Origin: a virus
Lineage: Duplodnaviria; Caudoviricetes
IMG/VR virus record: IMGVR_UViG_3300037313_000254
Location: 1-38,448 of that record
Length of the DNA: 38,448 nt
Direction: 5' to 3' (one strand)
The position numbers and the translations under genes are program-made. Below are positions 6,498 to 15,011 of the stretch, one piece after another. Position 1 is the stretch's first letter. Each line of letters starts with the position of its first letter. The notes below the pieces were generated by a model. The model saw only the letters and a list, made by a program, of their open reading frames with translations. It was not told where the DNA came from and ran no database searches.

Positions 6498-8668
6498 TGT
6501 TGCTCTCCGGTGGTTTGTGTTTCTACGGGTGCCAGTACGTTCTGAATGCCTGCGGCGTATAGGTTCGCCGGGTCTGCGTTATCAGGCTGGATTCCGGCGT
6601 CGGGATTGGGTGCGCGCAGGATTTCGGCCAGCGCCTTGCGGATGATCGGCTCCAGCGCCCCTTCTCCCATTGCTGGAACGATTGCCTTTAACCGGTCTGT
6701 CTCCGCCTTGAACGCATCGAGAATTGACCTGTTGTCATTTTCCATGCGAAGCGCGAGATGGTTCAGTGCATCCATGTCGACTCGCTTCTCCTGAAGCTGA
6801 TGCTCTATCGTCTTGTCGGCAAGCTGTTGTTGCAGATGCTGGATCAGGCCAGCAGCAGCCTTGAGTTGCTGATCCATCTGCTGGACCTGCGGATCAACCT
6901 CACCAAGCACCGCCGGATTCGTCGCCTTGATCCAGTTGCGCACGCGCTCCATGAGCTTGTCGGCAGCCGGGAAGTCGGCTGTGCCCATATACAGATCGCC
7001 GATGACGTTCGAAAGCTGCGGCTGCGCTGCCAAGAGTTGTGTCATTGCGTCGAATGCCTTCTCGCGGCGAGTGTCGAAGTTCGGGCCGCATTTGGCGATG
7101 ACATCGTACTTGCCCACTGCCGGATTGAAGATAGACGATGCTTGCGCTTCCCCCGCATCCGATTGCTGGTCAAGCGGCTTCTTTGATTCCGGATCGATCT
7201 GGATCTGATGTTCTTCCCCATCCTCGGCGCGGATGCGCAGCACGCGTTTCGTATCGTAGATCTTCGGGATCAGGTCAACCAACTGAACGCCAGTGAACCG
7301 GATCGCGTCAGCCATCCCATCCTGGAAGTGGAACGTAACCCGGCTGCCCTGCTTCTGGCGCTGCTCAATTGCTACACCACTGACTTCATTGCCCTGCTCG
7401 CTGAATGTAGCCTCGTACTGGCCCGAGGCCATCATCAGCTCATGCTCGGCAGCTTGCATGCCTTCCATGAAAACCGGAGCGCTCGATGGCGGCTGCTGTC
7501 GCGTTGGCTGAGGGATAGGATTCCCGTTCTCGTCCGCGTGGTTATAGGGCAGGTACGAATGATTCTGCGTATTCGCTGTCGCCCAGTAGTTCTCCAGCCC
7601 TTCGATGGCTTCGACAGGTGCTGTGTAAGGAGACTTCGACTGCAGCGCACCATATTCCAGCGCGGCTGACGCGTTGTAATTGAACGCGCGTTGAGCATCT
7701 TTCAGATAACGGACGAGGCCCTTGCGATCAAGCCGGTTCTCAATAACGACTTCCTCGCCAACCGCGCGGATGATCGGTATGTACTTTCCAGCCCATGTTG
7801 ATTGATCCTTGATCTCATCTCCGACGATCAGATACCACTGCACGCCGAACTTCGGCACGCGGCGACGCTGCGCTTTTCCCTCCTCCATCGCCCTGCCGAA
7901 CAGGTCGCGGTTCTCCGCAGGCAGATCCGACTCGCGAACAAGCGTGATCGATCCATCGTCACCCTCGATCGCATACAACCATTCCTTCGATTCCTCGCGC
8001 TCATAATATTCGGCCACGCGGATCGAATCCTTACGTGTCCAGGCTAGCTCGCCTTCGCCCATGACTGCTTTGCCGGCCAGTTTCCCGTATTTCTTCTCGG
8101 CCTGATCACGCGGCATATCATCAAAGATGAATGCAAACCGCGCATCCGATCCGTCTTTCTTTTTGATATGCGGGTCCATGTAGACCGACAACGGGTCATT
8201 CACAGGCCGGATGAAGATTTCCTGATCAAAACTGTCGTCGTCGACATAATCAGTGACGATGCGCCAGTAGCCGATGCCCCCACCAACCTGAAATTCCATC
8301 GCCTTCGAATAAGCTGCCTGAGCGTCCGAGATGTATTCGATGCGCCGGATGATCTGTTCGAAGACCTGTGCACTCTCGTATGTTGCCTCATCGCCGGTCG
8401 CGCTGATCTGGACTGATGGCTTGTTCTCCTTGCCCTCATTGACAACGTGCAGCCAGTGCGTGTGGGTCTTGTTGATCGTCACCATCGGCTGGCCGGCGAG
8501 TTGGCGCTGTGCTCGCACTGCAGCATTCCACTGGTCGCCATTATCGGGGTCAGCATACAAAAACCGAATGTCGTCCTTAAAACGACTCCGGGCATCAGAC
8601 TCCCACTCAACAGCAGCCGCGAATCGGTCGTGCGCCCTTTTGATAACGTCTTTTTTGCGCTCAGCCAT
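6494..8668 (-). CDS. Portal protein (P22 gp1-like)
   Basis: 724 aa. GDQW...TINK, GGIGYWRI..DY, W.GKYIPII, GLVR.LKDAQR..NY and SGVAI..RQ motifs. Confidence 0.93.
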   Translation of the reverse strand: MAERKKDVIKRAHDRFAAAVEWESDARSRFKDDIRFLYADPDNGDQWNAAVRAQRQLAGQPMVTINKTHTHWLHVVNEGKENKPSVQISATGDEATYESAQVFEQIIRRIEYISDAQAAYSKAMEFQVGGGIGYWRIVTDYVDDDSFDQEIFIRPVNDPLSVYMDPHIKKKDGSDARFAFIFDDMPRDQAEKKYGKLAGKAVMGEGELAWTRKDSIRVAEYYEREESKEWLYAIEGDDGSITLVRESDLPAENRDLFGRAMEEGKAQRRRVPKFGVQWYLIVGDEIKDQSTWAGKYIPIIRAVGEEVVIENRLDRKGLVRYLKDAQRAFNYNASAALEYGALQSKSPYTAPVEAIEGLENYWATANTQNHSYLPYNHADENGNPIPQPTRQQPPSSAPVFMEGMQAAEHELMMASGQYEATFSEQGNEVSGVAIEQRQKQGSRVTFHFQDGMADAIRFTGVQLVDLIPKIYDTKRVLRIRAEDGEEHQIQIDPESKKPLDQQSDAGEAQASSIFNPAVGKYDVIAKCGPNFDTRREKAFDAMTQLLAAQPQLSNVIGDLYMGTADFPAADKLMERVRNWIKATNPAVLGEVDPQVQQMDQQLKAAAGLIQHLQQQLADKTIEHQLQEKRVDMDALNHLALRMENDNRSILDAFKAETDRLKAIVPAMGEGALEPIIRKALAEILRAPNPDAGIQPDNADPANLYAAGIQNVLAPVETQTTGEQQ

Positions 8669-9155
8669 GGTAGAAGGCTCCGTGCGTCATTTGGGCAGCT
8701 AGTTCATATATCTCGCTGGCTTCTTCAGGCGTCGAGTAGTAACCCAGCGATTTTTGGATAGTCTTCCCGGCACGTCGATCGAAAAAGGACATGCGCGCTT
8801 GATACTTTCCATTTGGGTATAGACGCACTCCTCGAAAGCCGAGGGGATTCGGCCATTTGGCGTTCTTCATATTCTCTGCATGCGTAGCGCGACGCAGATT
8901 AATTAACCTGTTATCGCTTCGGCAGCGATTTTCATGGTCGATTTCGTGCAGTGGGTGACTGCCATGCACATAAATCCATGCCAGAACATGCGCCATATAG
9001 CGCTTCCCAAAAATACCAATGCGCACATATCCGGTGTCTTTATCAACGCTCCCGGCCTCTGAGCCTGCCAATTTCCCGCCTGTGGTCTTCTTCCAGTGGA
9101 ATTTGCCCGAAACGGCATCGTACGAGAGGATCTCTCTGAGTTGATCTTGTCTCAT
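8661..9155 (-). CDS. Free-standing HNH homing endonuclease with AP2-like C-terminal domain
   Basis: LSYD..SGKF.W, AH.LAW.Y.HG.....IDH.N...DNR..NLR.AT..EN, then GFRGV...KYQAR...LGYY.T.EEA. Overlaps both terL and portal. Confidence 0.92.
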   Translation of the reverse strand: MRQDQLREILSYDAVSGKFHWKKTTGGKLAGSEAGSVDKDTGYVRIGIFGKRYMAHVLAWIYVHGSHPLHEIDHENRCRSDNRLINLRRATHAENMKNAKWPNPLGFRGVRLYPNGKYQARMSFFDRRAGKTIQKSLGYYSTPEEASEIYELAAQMTHGAFYHG

Positions 9156-10525
9156 GAACCCATCCAGTAGCCGCCTTGGATCCGGCCAGTATTGAACACG
9201 CGCGGCGCGGTGGCCGGCTGCTGATGTTGTTTCTTCTTCTCGCGCACGAGCCCCGGGAAAAGTTCCGTCAATGCCCAGATAAGTGCATCCGCACGGTTAG
9301 GAGAGCGCGCGCCCATATATCCAACAGTAGAAAATGCGGTCAGCTCGTCCTCAAGCTCGCGGAAAACGCCAACATGACGCACTTTCCCTTGCTCATAGAG
9401 GGCTGAGAACGGTTCGGCACGCACTGCTTTACCTCTGGATGCGGTGACCTGCTTGAATGGCGTGCGCGGCCGCGCCGTCTGCACCACGTGCTGGACCATT
9501 GCGCCGCCGAAGTTGATTTCACCGACCACGACGTCTGCTGCATGGCGGTCGAATGCGCTGGTGGCAATCGCTCCCCACGTCGCCGGGCCTGCCTTGACCG
9601 TGCAGTCTTCGAGCAGATATGCGTTTCCATCCGTGCCCAGCCCTGCAACGAGGATGCCGATCTCATCGTTATCAGCGTTGTCTACGTCGCCTGATCCAGA
9701 AGGGTCAACGCCCACGACGATACGAACAAGATCAGGGACAGGAGAGCCATCATCGTGGCGCCACTTCTCGATCGTCTCGTCGGTGAATAGCTGGTTTGGC
9801 GTAGCGTCAGCAAACTCGCCGTCGAGAAAGCGCTTACGCAGCCGAGCAGACAGAGACCGTAGAGTATCGAGATAGCCATCCGACAGGTTCTCCGCGTTGT
9901 CCTGCGGGTTGATCTGGAAGAACGCGTAATCCGTCGGCTTGGCGAGTGGTAACTTTGTGTCCGGGTCGACGTGCTTGACGAATACCAGATATGACCAGTG
10001 CGCCTTGCTCGGCGGATTGCAGTCGTAATAGAGGCGCGGCGTCATAAGCCTGTCCGGCCGCCCCTCAATCTTCTGCGTCACCTTCTGCGCGAGACGAGTG
10101 ATAACGATGCCGATGGTGTTCCAGACGATCTGCGAGCACTCGTTCAGGTAGATCGTCACGAACTCCATACCGAGAATCTTCTCGGTACGTTCCTTGTCGT
10201 CCAGGCCACCGAACCAGATCTGGCTCTTCCCGCCATCTACCTCGATCTCAGCGAACCAGTTCGTCTTGTCGAGCTTGTACTGGACTTCCGGAAACGCCAG
10301 TTGCATGACCTTCGGGAACGTGTCGAAAATGATCGAGTTCTTCACTGCGTTGAAGCGGAAGCGAAGGATTGCGTGTCGGCTTCCCGGTGCCTTGAGGGCA
10401 CGCATCACCACGTTGCGGACCAGAAGGAATGTCTTGCCGCTGCGAGAGCCGCCAAAGAGCATGATGTGCGTCGCGTCGCCTGCAAGCACCCGTTGCGCTT
10501 CCTGCTGTTTGGCGTGGAGCTTCAC
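9152..10525 (-). CDS. terL: Terminase large subunit
   Basis: Walker A GGSRSGKT, Walker B IYLNEC, coupling motif DCNP. RNase-H nuclease domain VGVDP...SPNRADALIWA. Confidence 0.95.
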   Translation of the reverse strand: MKLHAKQQEAQRVLAGDATHIMLFGGSRSGKTFLLVRNVVMRALKAPGSRHAILRFRFNAVKNSIIFDTFPKVMQLAFPEVQYKLDKTNWFAEIEVDGGKSQIWFGGLDDKERTEKILGMEFVTIYLNECSQIVWNTIGIVITRLAQKVTQKIEGRPDRLMTPRLYYDCNPPSKAHWSYLVFVKHVDPDTKLPLAKPTDYAFFQINPQDNAENLSDGYLDTLRSLSARLRKRFLDGEFADATPNQLFTDETIEKWRHDDGSPVPDLVRIVVGVDPSGSGDVDNADNDEIGILVAGLGTDGNAYLLEDCTVKAGPATWGAIATSAFDRHAADVVVGEINFGGAMVQHVVQTARPRTPFKQVTASRGKAVRAEPFSALYEQGKVRHVGVFRELEDELTAFSTVGYMGARSPNRADALIWALTELFPGLVREKKKQHQQPATAPRVFNTGRIQGGYWMGS

Positions 10526-10956
10526 AGCGCTTCATCCTCGGGCGTGGCTGTCACTTTGACGCCAATAGCCCCGCTGTGTTCGTGGTCGTGCTTGTCCCGC
10601 CATTCTTCCTTCTTCCGGTTCTTTAGCCAGAAGATCGCGGCTGCCGTATCGGGTGGGTAGTACTTACGGATCGGCGTCTGGACCAATTCACCGCCCACCA
10701 CGCGAATATCCACTTCGTCGTGCTCATATCCCATAGCGCGCCGGTAAAGGCTTTGTTCAACGCGCTCGTCAGCCTCTGCTTTCGGCACCTTTATGGCTTC
10801 CGAAAACTCAGGGTATTGAACTTTCCAAAGGCTTACAGTTGAAATGGCAACTTCGAAGAAATCTGCGATCTGTGCATCTGTAGCGCCGAGAGCGCAGAGC
10901 TTTGCAGCTTGTTGCGCGTATTCCTCTTTGTATTTTGAAGGTCGGCCGCCAGCCAT
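10522..10956 (-). CDS. terS: Terminase small subunit
   Basis: MAGGRPSKY...GATD.QIA.FF HTH and PPDTAAAIFWLKNR...WRDK motif. Coupled to terL. Confidence 0.92.
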   Translation of the reverse strand: MAGGRPSKYKEEYAQQAAKLCALGATDAQIADFFEVAISTVSLWKVQYPEFSEAIKVPKAEADERVEQSLYRRAMGYEHDEVDIRVVGGELVQTPIRKYYPPDTAAAIFWLKNRKKEEWRDKHDHEHSGAIGVKVTATPEDEAL

Positions 10957-11135
10957 CACCGCCCCCGAATGTTGCCTGCGCTCACCCGGTTGGTCATGAC
11001 ATGCCAATGGATGGCGCGAGCCGCCATCTGGGCGGCCTGTTGCTTCGACTCTGCCTCAAGCAGCGAGTCCAGATCCTGCTTCATGAACTTGCGAAGCTCG
11101 GATCGGCGACGGATGTCAGTTTCCAATCGCGACAT
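10956..11135 (-). CDS. Hypothetical protein (59 aa)
   Basis: MSRLETDIRRR...; fills the gap and its stop overlaps the terS ATG. Confidence 0.5.
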   Translation of the reverse strand: MSRLETDIRRRSELRKFMKQDLDSLLEAESKQQAAQMAARAIHWHVMTNRVSAGNIRGR

Positions 11136-11580
11136 TGCTGAACCCGTAGGTGAAGGAGACGCGGATTGAGCCGGCCGTGAGTGCAACGCTGTTTGCAACC
11201 TGGATCGTGTCGCCCGGCTGGGAGCATGCAAAGAAGGCGCCCGGCGCATTGGTCTGGCGGATCACCGTTGGTTGAGCAGGCGTAGCAGGCGTGTTCGGAA
11301 TGTACGAGCGAAGCAGAGCGACCGTTTCACCGCCGTTCACCGTCGTCAGCGTCGTGTTGATCATGCCGGCCGCGCCGATCGTTGCAATCGGATCGATCGT
11401 GATCTGGATGCCGATGATGAATCCGTATTTGCCAGCAGGAACAGTCAGGACGGTCTGAGGCGTCGTGCCTGATCCCGAGTTGAGCGTCACAGCTGCGTAT
11501 TTGCTCGCGATGAACTGCGAGACGAGCTGGCGAGGATTGCCTTGTGGGTCAACGAACTGGACAGAGATGCCTTGGCTCAT
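11116..11580 (-). CDS. Beta-sandwich, probably virion decoration protein (154 aa)
   Basis: T/V/G-rich, TVLTVPAGK...PGDTIQV pattern resembling the 1-335 protein. ATGA-coupled. Confidence 0.65.
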   Translation of the reverse strand: MSQGISVQFVDPQGNPRQLVSQFIASKYAAVTLNSGSGTTPQTVLTVPAGKYGFIIGIQITIDPIATIGAAGMINTTLTTVNGGETVALLRSYIPNTPATPAQPTVIRQTNAPGAFFACSQPGDTIQVANSVALTAGSIRVSFTYGFSNVAIGN

Positions 11581-11792
11581 TTCTTTTTCCCCTTCCCGAG
11601 GATGCGATCGGCCTTGGCGTCGATCTTGGCCTTGGACGACGACGACAACTTGCCCTTGTGCTCCATCTCGCTAGCACGGGCTTTTGCGTTCCGTGCGTGG
11701 CTTTTGTCGGGCATTGGATAAGCGCGCTTCCCCGGTTCGCCGAATTCCGACTTCGGCAAGGACTTGCGCGCCTTCGTCGTGAGCTTGCTCAC
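11577..11792 (-). CDS. Small basic protein, DUF6582-like
   Basis: GTG at 11792. LTTKARKSLPKSEFG.P..RAYPMPD.SHARNA.AR motif. Confidence 0.7.
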   Translation of the reverse strand: MSKLTTKARKSLPKSEFGEPGKRAYPMPDKSHARNAKARASEMEHKGKLSSSSKAKIDAKADRILGKGKKK

Positions 11793-11965
11793 TTGCTCGT
11801 CCCGCGAATCTTCATAACGGGAACGCCGTTGAGCTTGTACGGAACAGGCTTGGGACCTGCCGGCGGCATGCCACCGTGATAGGTGCCAGCAGGAGCCGTG
11901 CGCGCGCCGTGTGCGCAACCAGCCGCTTTCTTCATGTCCGCGCCGTCTTTGAGTCCACCAGCCAT
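11789..11965 (-). CDS. Hypothetical basic protein (58 aa), probable first late gene
   Basis: GGAG SD before ATG at 11965; coupled to the next gene. Confidence 0.65.
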   Translation of the reverse strand: MAGGLKDGADMKKAAGCAHGARTAPAGTYHGGMPPAGPKPVPYKLNGVPVMKIRGTSK

Positions 11966-12016
11966 GACGTTCTCCGAAAAAAGGAAGTTCCGCCCGATGG
12001 CGGCTACGTGCGATGC

Positions 12017-12031
12017 TAAGCCGGTAGTAAA
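12017..12031 (-). promoter_or_regulatory. Late regulatory motif copy 1 (TTTACTACCGGCTTA) at the head of the late operon
   Basis: 14/15 identical to the copies at 5741 and 2814. Followed by hairpin CCGCC-ATCG-GGCGG and a T-run. Confidence 0.65.
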
Positions 12032-12036
12032 GCGAA

Positions 12037-12351
12037 TCAACTCCGACGACAAAGGCGAGCGTGCGAGAACAGGTCGTACTTCAACTCGCCACGTGGCGTG
12101 ACGATTTCCCTGCGTGCCGCACGCGTTTCCTGGTAGTCAGTGTTCAGTTCGTACCGTGGCTCCGTCTTGCGTGACGCCGGGTAGTACTTCAATGCTCCCA
12201 GCGCCACGCCGGCGCGTAACAGTTCTTCGACTTCGCGCAACTCTTCGCCGAAGGAAAGGCCAAGCTCACCCAACGTATAAGGCCGCTTGCCACCCAGCAG
12301 AAACCGGATGGTGTCAAGGTTCAGCGGCAGTTTGACCTTTCGCGCGCGCAT
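12037..12351 (-). CDS. Winged-helix-like protein, candidate late-gene regulator
   Basis: YTLGELGLSFG...VEELLRAGV..GAL......RY wHTH-like pattern. Occupies the lambda Q position directly upstream of the late motif. Confidence 0.55.
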   Translation of the reverse strand: MRARKVKLPLNLDTIRFLLGGKRPYTLGELGLSFGEELREVEELLRAGVALGALKYYPASRKTEPRYELNTDYQETRAARREIVTPRGELKYDLFSHARLCRRS

Positions 12352-12359
12352 GTCTGCTC

Positions 12360-12746
12360 CTACAGGTGGCTTTCCGCGTCCCTGAGAATCGCCTCCAACT
12401 CGCCGTCGAAGACGTTCCACTTGCGGCGGAGCGTTTCGGTCATGCGGCGGAGGATTGTCGTGTGGGGGTGTTCAGCCGTACCACTGTCGCCAGATGAGGG
12501 CGACGAAGATGGCTTCCCCGCTTCGCTACTAGCCGAAGCACCACTTTCCGATGAGATATCCGAGGCAGAAGATTGCAACTGTTCCGATGCCGGCGGCTGC
12601 TCCGACTGCTGGGGCGCAGATTGCGAGATAGGCGCTTGATATTGCGGCGATTGCTGCCCGCTCTGCTCCCCCGCCTGCGCGACCTCCGGCGCGCTCTGCT
12701 GCGTTTGATTGAGGGCTTCTGCTGCGTTTGCGATTGCATCGGTCAT
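12360..12746 (-). CDS. Low-complexity Q/S/E/A-rich hypothetical protein
   Basis: AAGGAG SD, ATG at 12746 overlaps the upstream stop. Confidence 0.7.
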   Translation of the reverse strand: MTDAIANAAEALNQTQQSAPEVAQAGEQSGQQSPQYQAPISQSAPQQSEQPPASEQLQSSASDISSESGASASSEAGKPSSSPSSGDSGTAEHPHTTILRRMTETLRRKWNVFDGELEAILRDAESHL

Positions 12747-13015
12747 GGTTGCTCCTTGGGTAATGGGAACTGCGGGGTTTGCGTGGCGCGAAATGCGGCT
12801 AATATGATCGGATTCGTGTTGTACGGTCGAATGAAGTCGCGATACCAAGCGTCATAGGCTTCTTTCGGTGTCGCGCCAGAGCCTTCGGCACCATGGCCTA
12901 CACATTCCCACCAACGCCAGTCAGGAAGAATCGCGCTCCAATCCATCCATCCGAACAAGCTGCTGTAGCGCGGGCCGATCTGAACGCGGATATGGGGGCG
13001 ATATGTGCGCTTCAT
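12743..13015 (-). CDS. Hypothetical protein
   Basis: ATGA-coupled chain; W.C.G....GSGATPKEAYDAW motif. Confidence 0.65.
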   Translation of the reverse strand: MKRTYRPHIRVQIGPRYSSLFGWMDWSAILPDWRWWECVGHGAEGSGATPKEAYDAWYRDFIRPYNTNPIILAAFRATQTPQFPLPKEQP

Positions 13016-13317
13016 CCCAACCCCTTCATAAATCGCTCGTGCTCGGCGCTATCGAACCGTTTCGCATGTTCCTCGACCGGCTCTGCTTCGGGAGAGTGGC
13101 CAAGCGCATTGCTCTTGTTGAAGAACTCAGCAGTAGCATTCGCAGCAGCCTGATAGTTGCAGCGTCGTTTTATCCCGCAGTCCATCCCCTGATGGCAATG
13201 ACCGCAGAACTTGAACCCGTCAGGGCTGTGCCCATAAATCCACCGCTGCGCCTCCTGAGACATCGGCCATGGCCATGAGTCGGGGGCGGCGATTTCGCGG
13301 GCTTCTTCGGGCTTCAT
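13012..13317 (-). CDS. Hypothetical protein with CxxC...C...C motif
   Basis: ATGA-coupled on both sides. Confidence 0.6.
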   Translation of the reverse strand: MKPEEAREIAAPDSWPWPMSQEAQRWIYGHSPDGFKFCGHCHQGMDCGIKRRCNYQAAANATAEFFNKSNALGHSPEAEPVEEHAKRFDSAEHERFMKGLG

Positions 13318-13547
13318 TTGGCGTCCCTGTACAGTTCATAGCCGCCCCGCTTGCCGTTGAAGCGAACGCATGCGGCGCTAGTTTTTCGCCCCAGCGCATT
13401 TGTCGCAAGATCGATTGTGGCCACACATACATGTGGAAATCCCTCGCTAAGAATCTGAACATAGCGATTGAATCGAGGATCGACTTCACGCCAGATTTGG
13501 CCAACCTTTATATATATTCCTTTCGTCTCTTTTTTATCGTTCATCAC
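13314..13547 (-). CDS. Hypothetical protein (SH3-like, VGQIW.E.DPR)
   Basis: ATGA-coupled on both sides. Confidence 0.65.
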   Translation of the reverse strand: MMNDKKETKGIYIKVGQIWREVDPRFNRYVQILSEGFPHVCVATIDLATNALGRKTSAACVRFNGKRGGYELYRDAK

Positions 13548-13735
13548 GCGCCCCTTTCCGCCAAAGCCTTGCGAACCCGCTGCGCCTGTTCCAGCGTCAG
13601 GCAGACGTATGTATTGCCGTTCAGGACCGTCGGCGTGTTCTCTGCTTCACACGTGCCCTGAATCTGCGTAGCCTCGAATCGGTAGCCGCCGTAGGCAGCG
13701 CCGATGAGAAGTAAAAGCGTGATGGTCTTGTTCAT
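13544..13735 (-). CDS. Small membrane-anchored/exported protein (63 aa, 2 Cys)
   Basis: AGGAG SD; MNKTITLLLLIGAAYGGY hydrophobic N-terminus. Confidence 0.65.
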   Translation of the reverse strand: MNKTITLLLLIGAAYGGYRFEATQIQGTCEAENTPTVLNGNTYVCLTLEQAQRVRKALAERGA

Positions 13736-13809
13736 ACCGTCTTCTCCTGTTGCTCGCACGCCCCATGGGCGCATTCAATGGGCGAAATAGTTTGATTTAT
13801 CGCCACGGT

Positions 13810-14193
13810 TTACCTAGCCTCGAAGAGGCTATCGGCCTTCTCCGAAATCATCACGTAGCATTCGCCGCCCTTAACAATTGGGCCGCGTAGCACTAGCAAT
13901 TCATCAATCTGCTCGTCATCGTCGAATACGCCGGCATGCTCCAGAGCGTCACAGAGCGCCTTCAGACGGTTGTCTAGATCCGCCTTCTTCTTGCTCCGCA
14001 TGCAAAGCCGGACAGCCATAAAGAGGCGAGATTCGCCGAATTTGAGGCATTGCTTTTCGGCGATGATCTCGGCGACCTGCTTGCGGAACTTCATGCCCTG
14101 TTCCGTGATGTACATGCCACGCGGCGACTTCCGCCAGTAGCTATTCACGGACGGCGGTAGCGGCAGCGTGATGAATTGGGACAGGCCGCTCAT
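13810..14193 (-). CDS. rusA: RusA family Holliday junction resolvase
   Basis: LPLPPSVNSYWR, DLDNRLKALCDAL and DDEQID motifs. ATG at 14193. Confidence 0.93.
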   Translation of the reverse strand: MSGLSQFITLPLPPSVNSYWRKSPRGMYITEQGMKFRKQVAEIIAEKQCLKFGESRLFMAVRLCMRSKKKADLDNRLKALCDALEHAGVFDDDEQIDELLVLRGPIVKGGECYVMISEKADSLFEAR

Positions 14194-14471
14194 GCGTTCA
14201 GCCTCGAAATAACCCATGCCAACAGGTCCATCTCGGAGCATTTCAACTGCCGCAGGATCTGCTTGTCGCCATGCACTCCGTGCTGCCCGCGATGGTGCTC
14301 GGGGCACAGACCGTAGGCGAGCCAGTTCGAAGCACGCTGCCCCATGCCTTCATCCTCGCGCGGGTGGTGAATCTCCGGCTGGACGTCCTGAACATCAAAG
14401 CCGAGCAAGTTGCAGGCTACGCAGCCAAGACGCGCGACGCGGCCGAGATATGTCGACTCGGCGCGAGTCAT
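14190..14471 (-). CDS. Ref-like (recombination enhancement, RecA-dependent) HNH nuclease
   Basis: VARLGCVAC...EIHH.R...GMGQRAS.....LCPEHHR...GVH. Confidence 0.8.
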   Translation of the reverse strand: MTRAESTYLGRVARLGCVACNLLGFDVQDVQPEIHHPREDEGMGQRASNWLAYGLCPEHHRGQHGVHGDKQILRQLKCSEMDLLAWVISRLNA

Positions 14472-14977
14472 TTCCCCTCCGTAGCAGCGATGATGGCGCG
14501 GGCGAATGGGCGCCAATCGAACCATTTGCCCTCATCGAATTGAGTGGCTATTTCGTCGATCTGCTCATCCGTCAGCCTGTTCGTGCTGGCGATCGGGTCA
14601 AGACACCTGCCCTTTTCCCAACATGCACCGCCCTTGTGACACACGCGGTGCTTACAGCCTTCCAACGGTGCGGCACCCTCGTTCGGCTCCCCTGCCTGCT
14701 CCGGAGCAGTGGCGAGAGCGGCGAGCTTATTTTCTAGGGATTTAGCGTGACGACTCAGACCTAATGCGGTCCATCCACCCTCAATCATTTCATCGGTTAC
14801 ACCAGCGCATATGCGCTCTAAAGTCATAAGTCGCTCGGCAGTGGATTCGGCGCAGCCTTGCCATGCCTGCCATTTACCGCAATCGGCAAGCCGAAGCGGA
14901 TCAGGCGCCCTTTCATATTCGCGCACGTACCACGCCTCAAACGCTTCCCGCTCATCCCGCTTTGTCGTTTCTGTCAT
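14468..14977 (-). CDS. Hypothetical mosaic phage protein
   Basis: GGAG SD; EREAFEAW...WQAWQ and LTDEQIDEI...FARAI modules common in lambdoid accessory genes. Confidence 0.7.
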   Translation of the reverse strand: MTETTKRDEREAFEAWYVREYERAPDPLRLADCGKWQAWQGCAESTAERLMTLERICAGVTDEMIEGGWTALGLSRHAKSLENKLAALATAPEQAGEPNEGAAPLEGCKHRVCHKGGACWEKGRCLDPIASTNRLTDEQIDEIATQFDEGKWFDWRPFARAIIAATEGK

Positions 14978-15011
14978 AGCGTTCTCCGAATATGTTCCGC
15001 TGAAAGCGTTT

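Noticed and set aside
8661-8680. Gene-end capture by the terL-portal HNH (FYHG* versus YWMGS*)
   Set aside because: Similarity is too weak to claim without an HNH-free relative.
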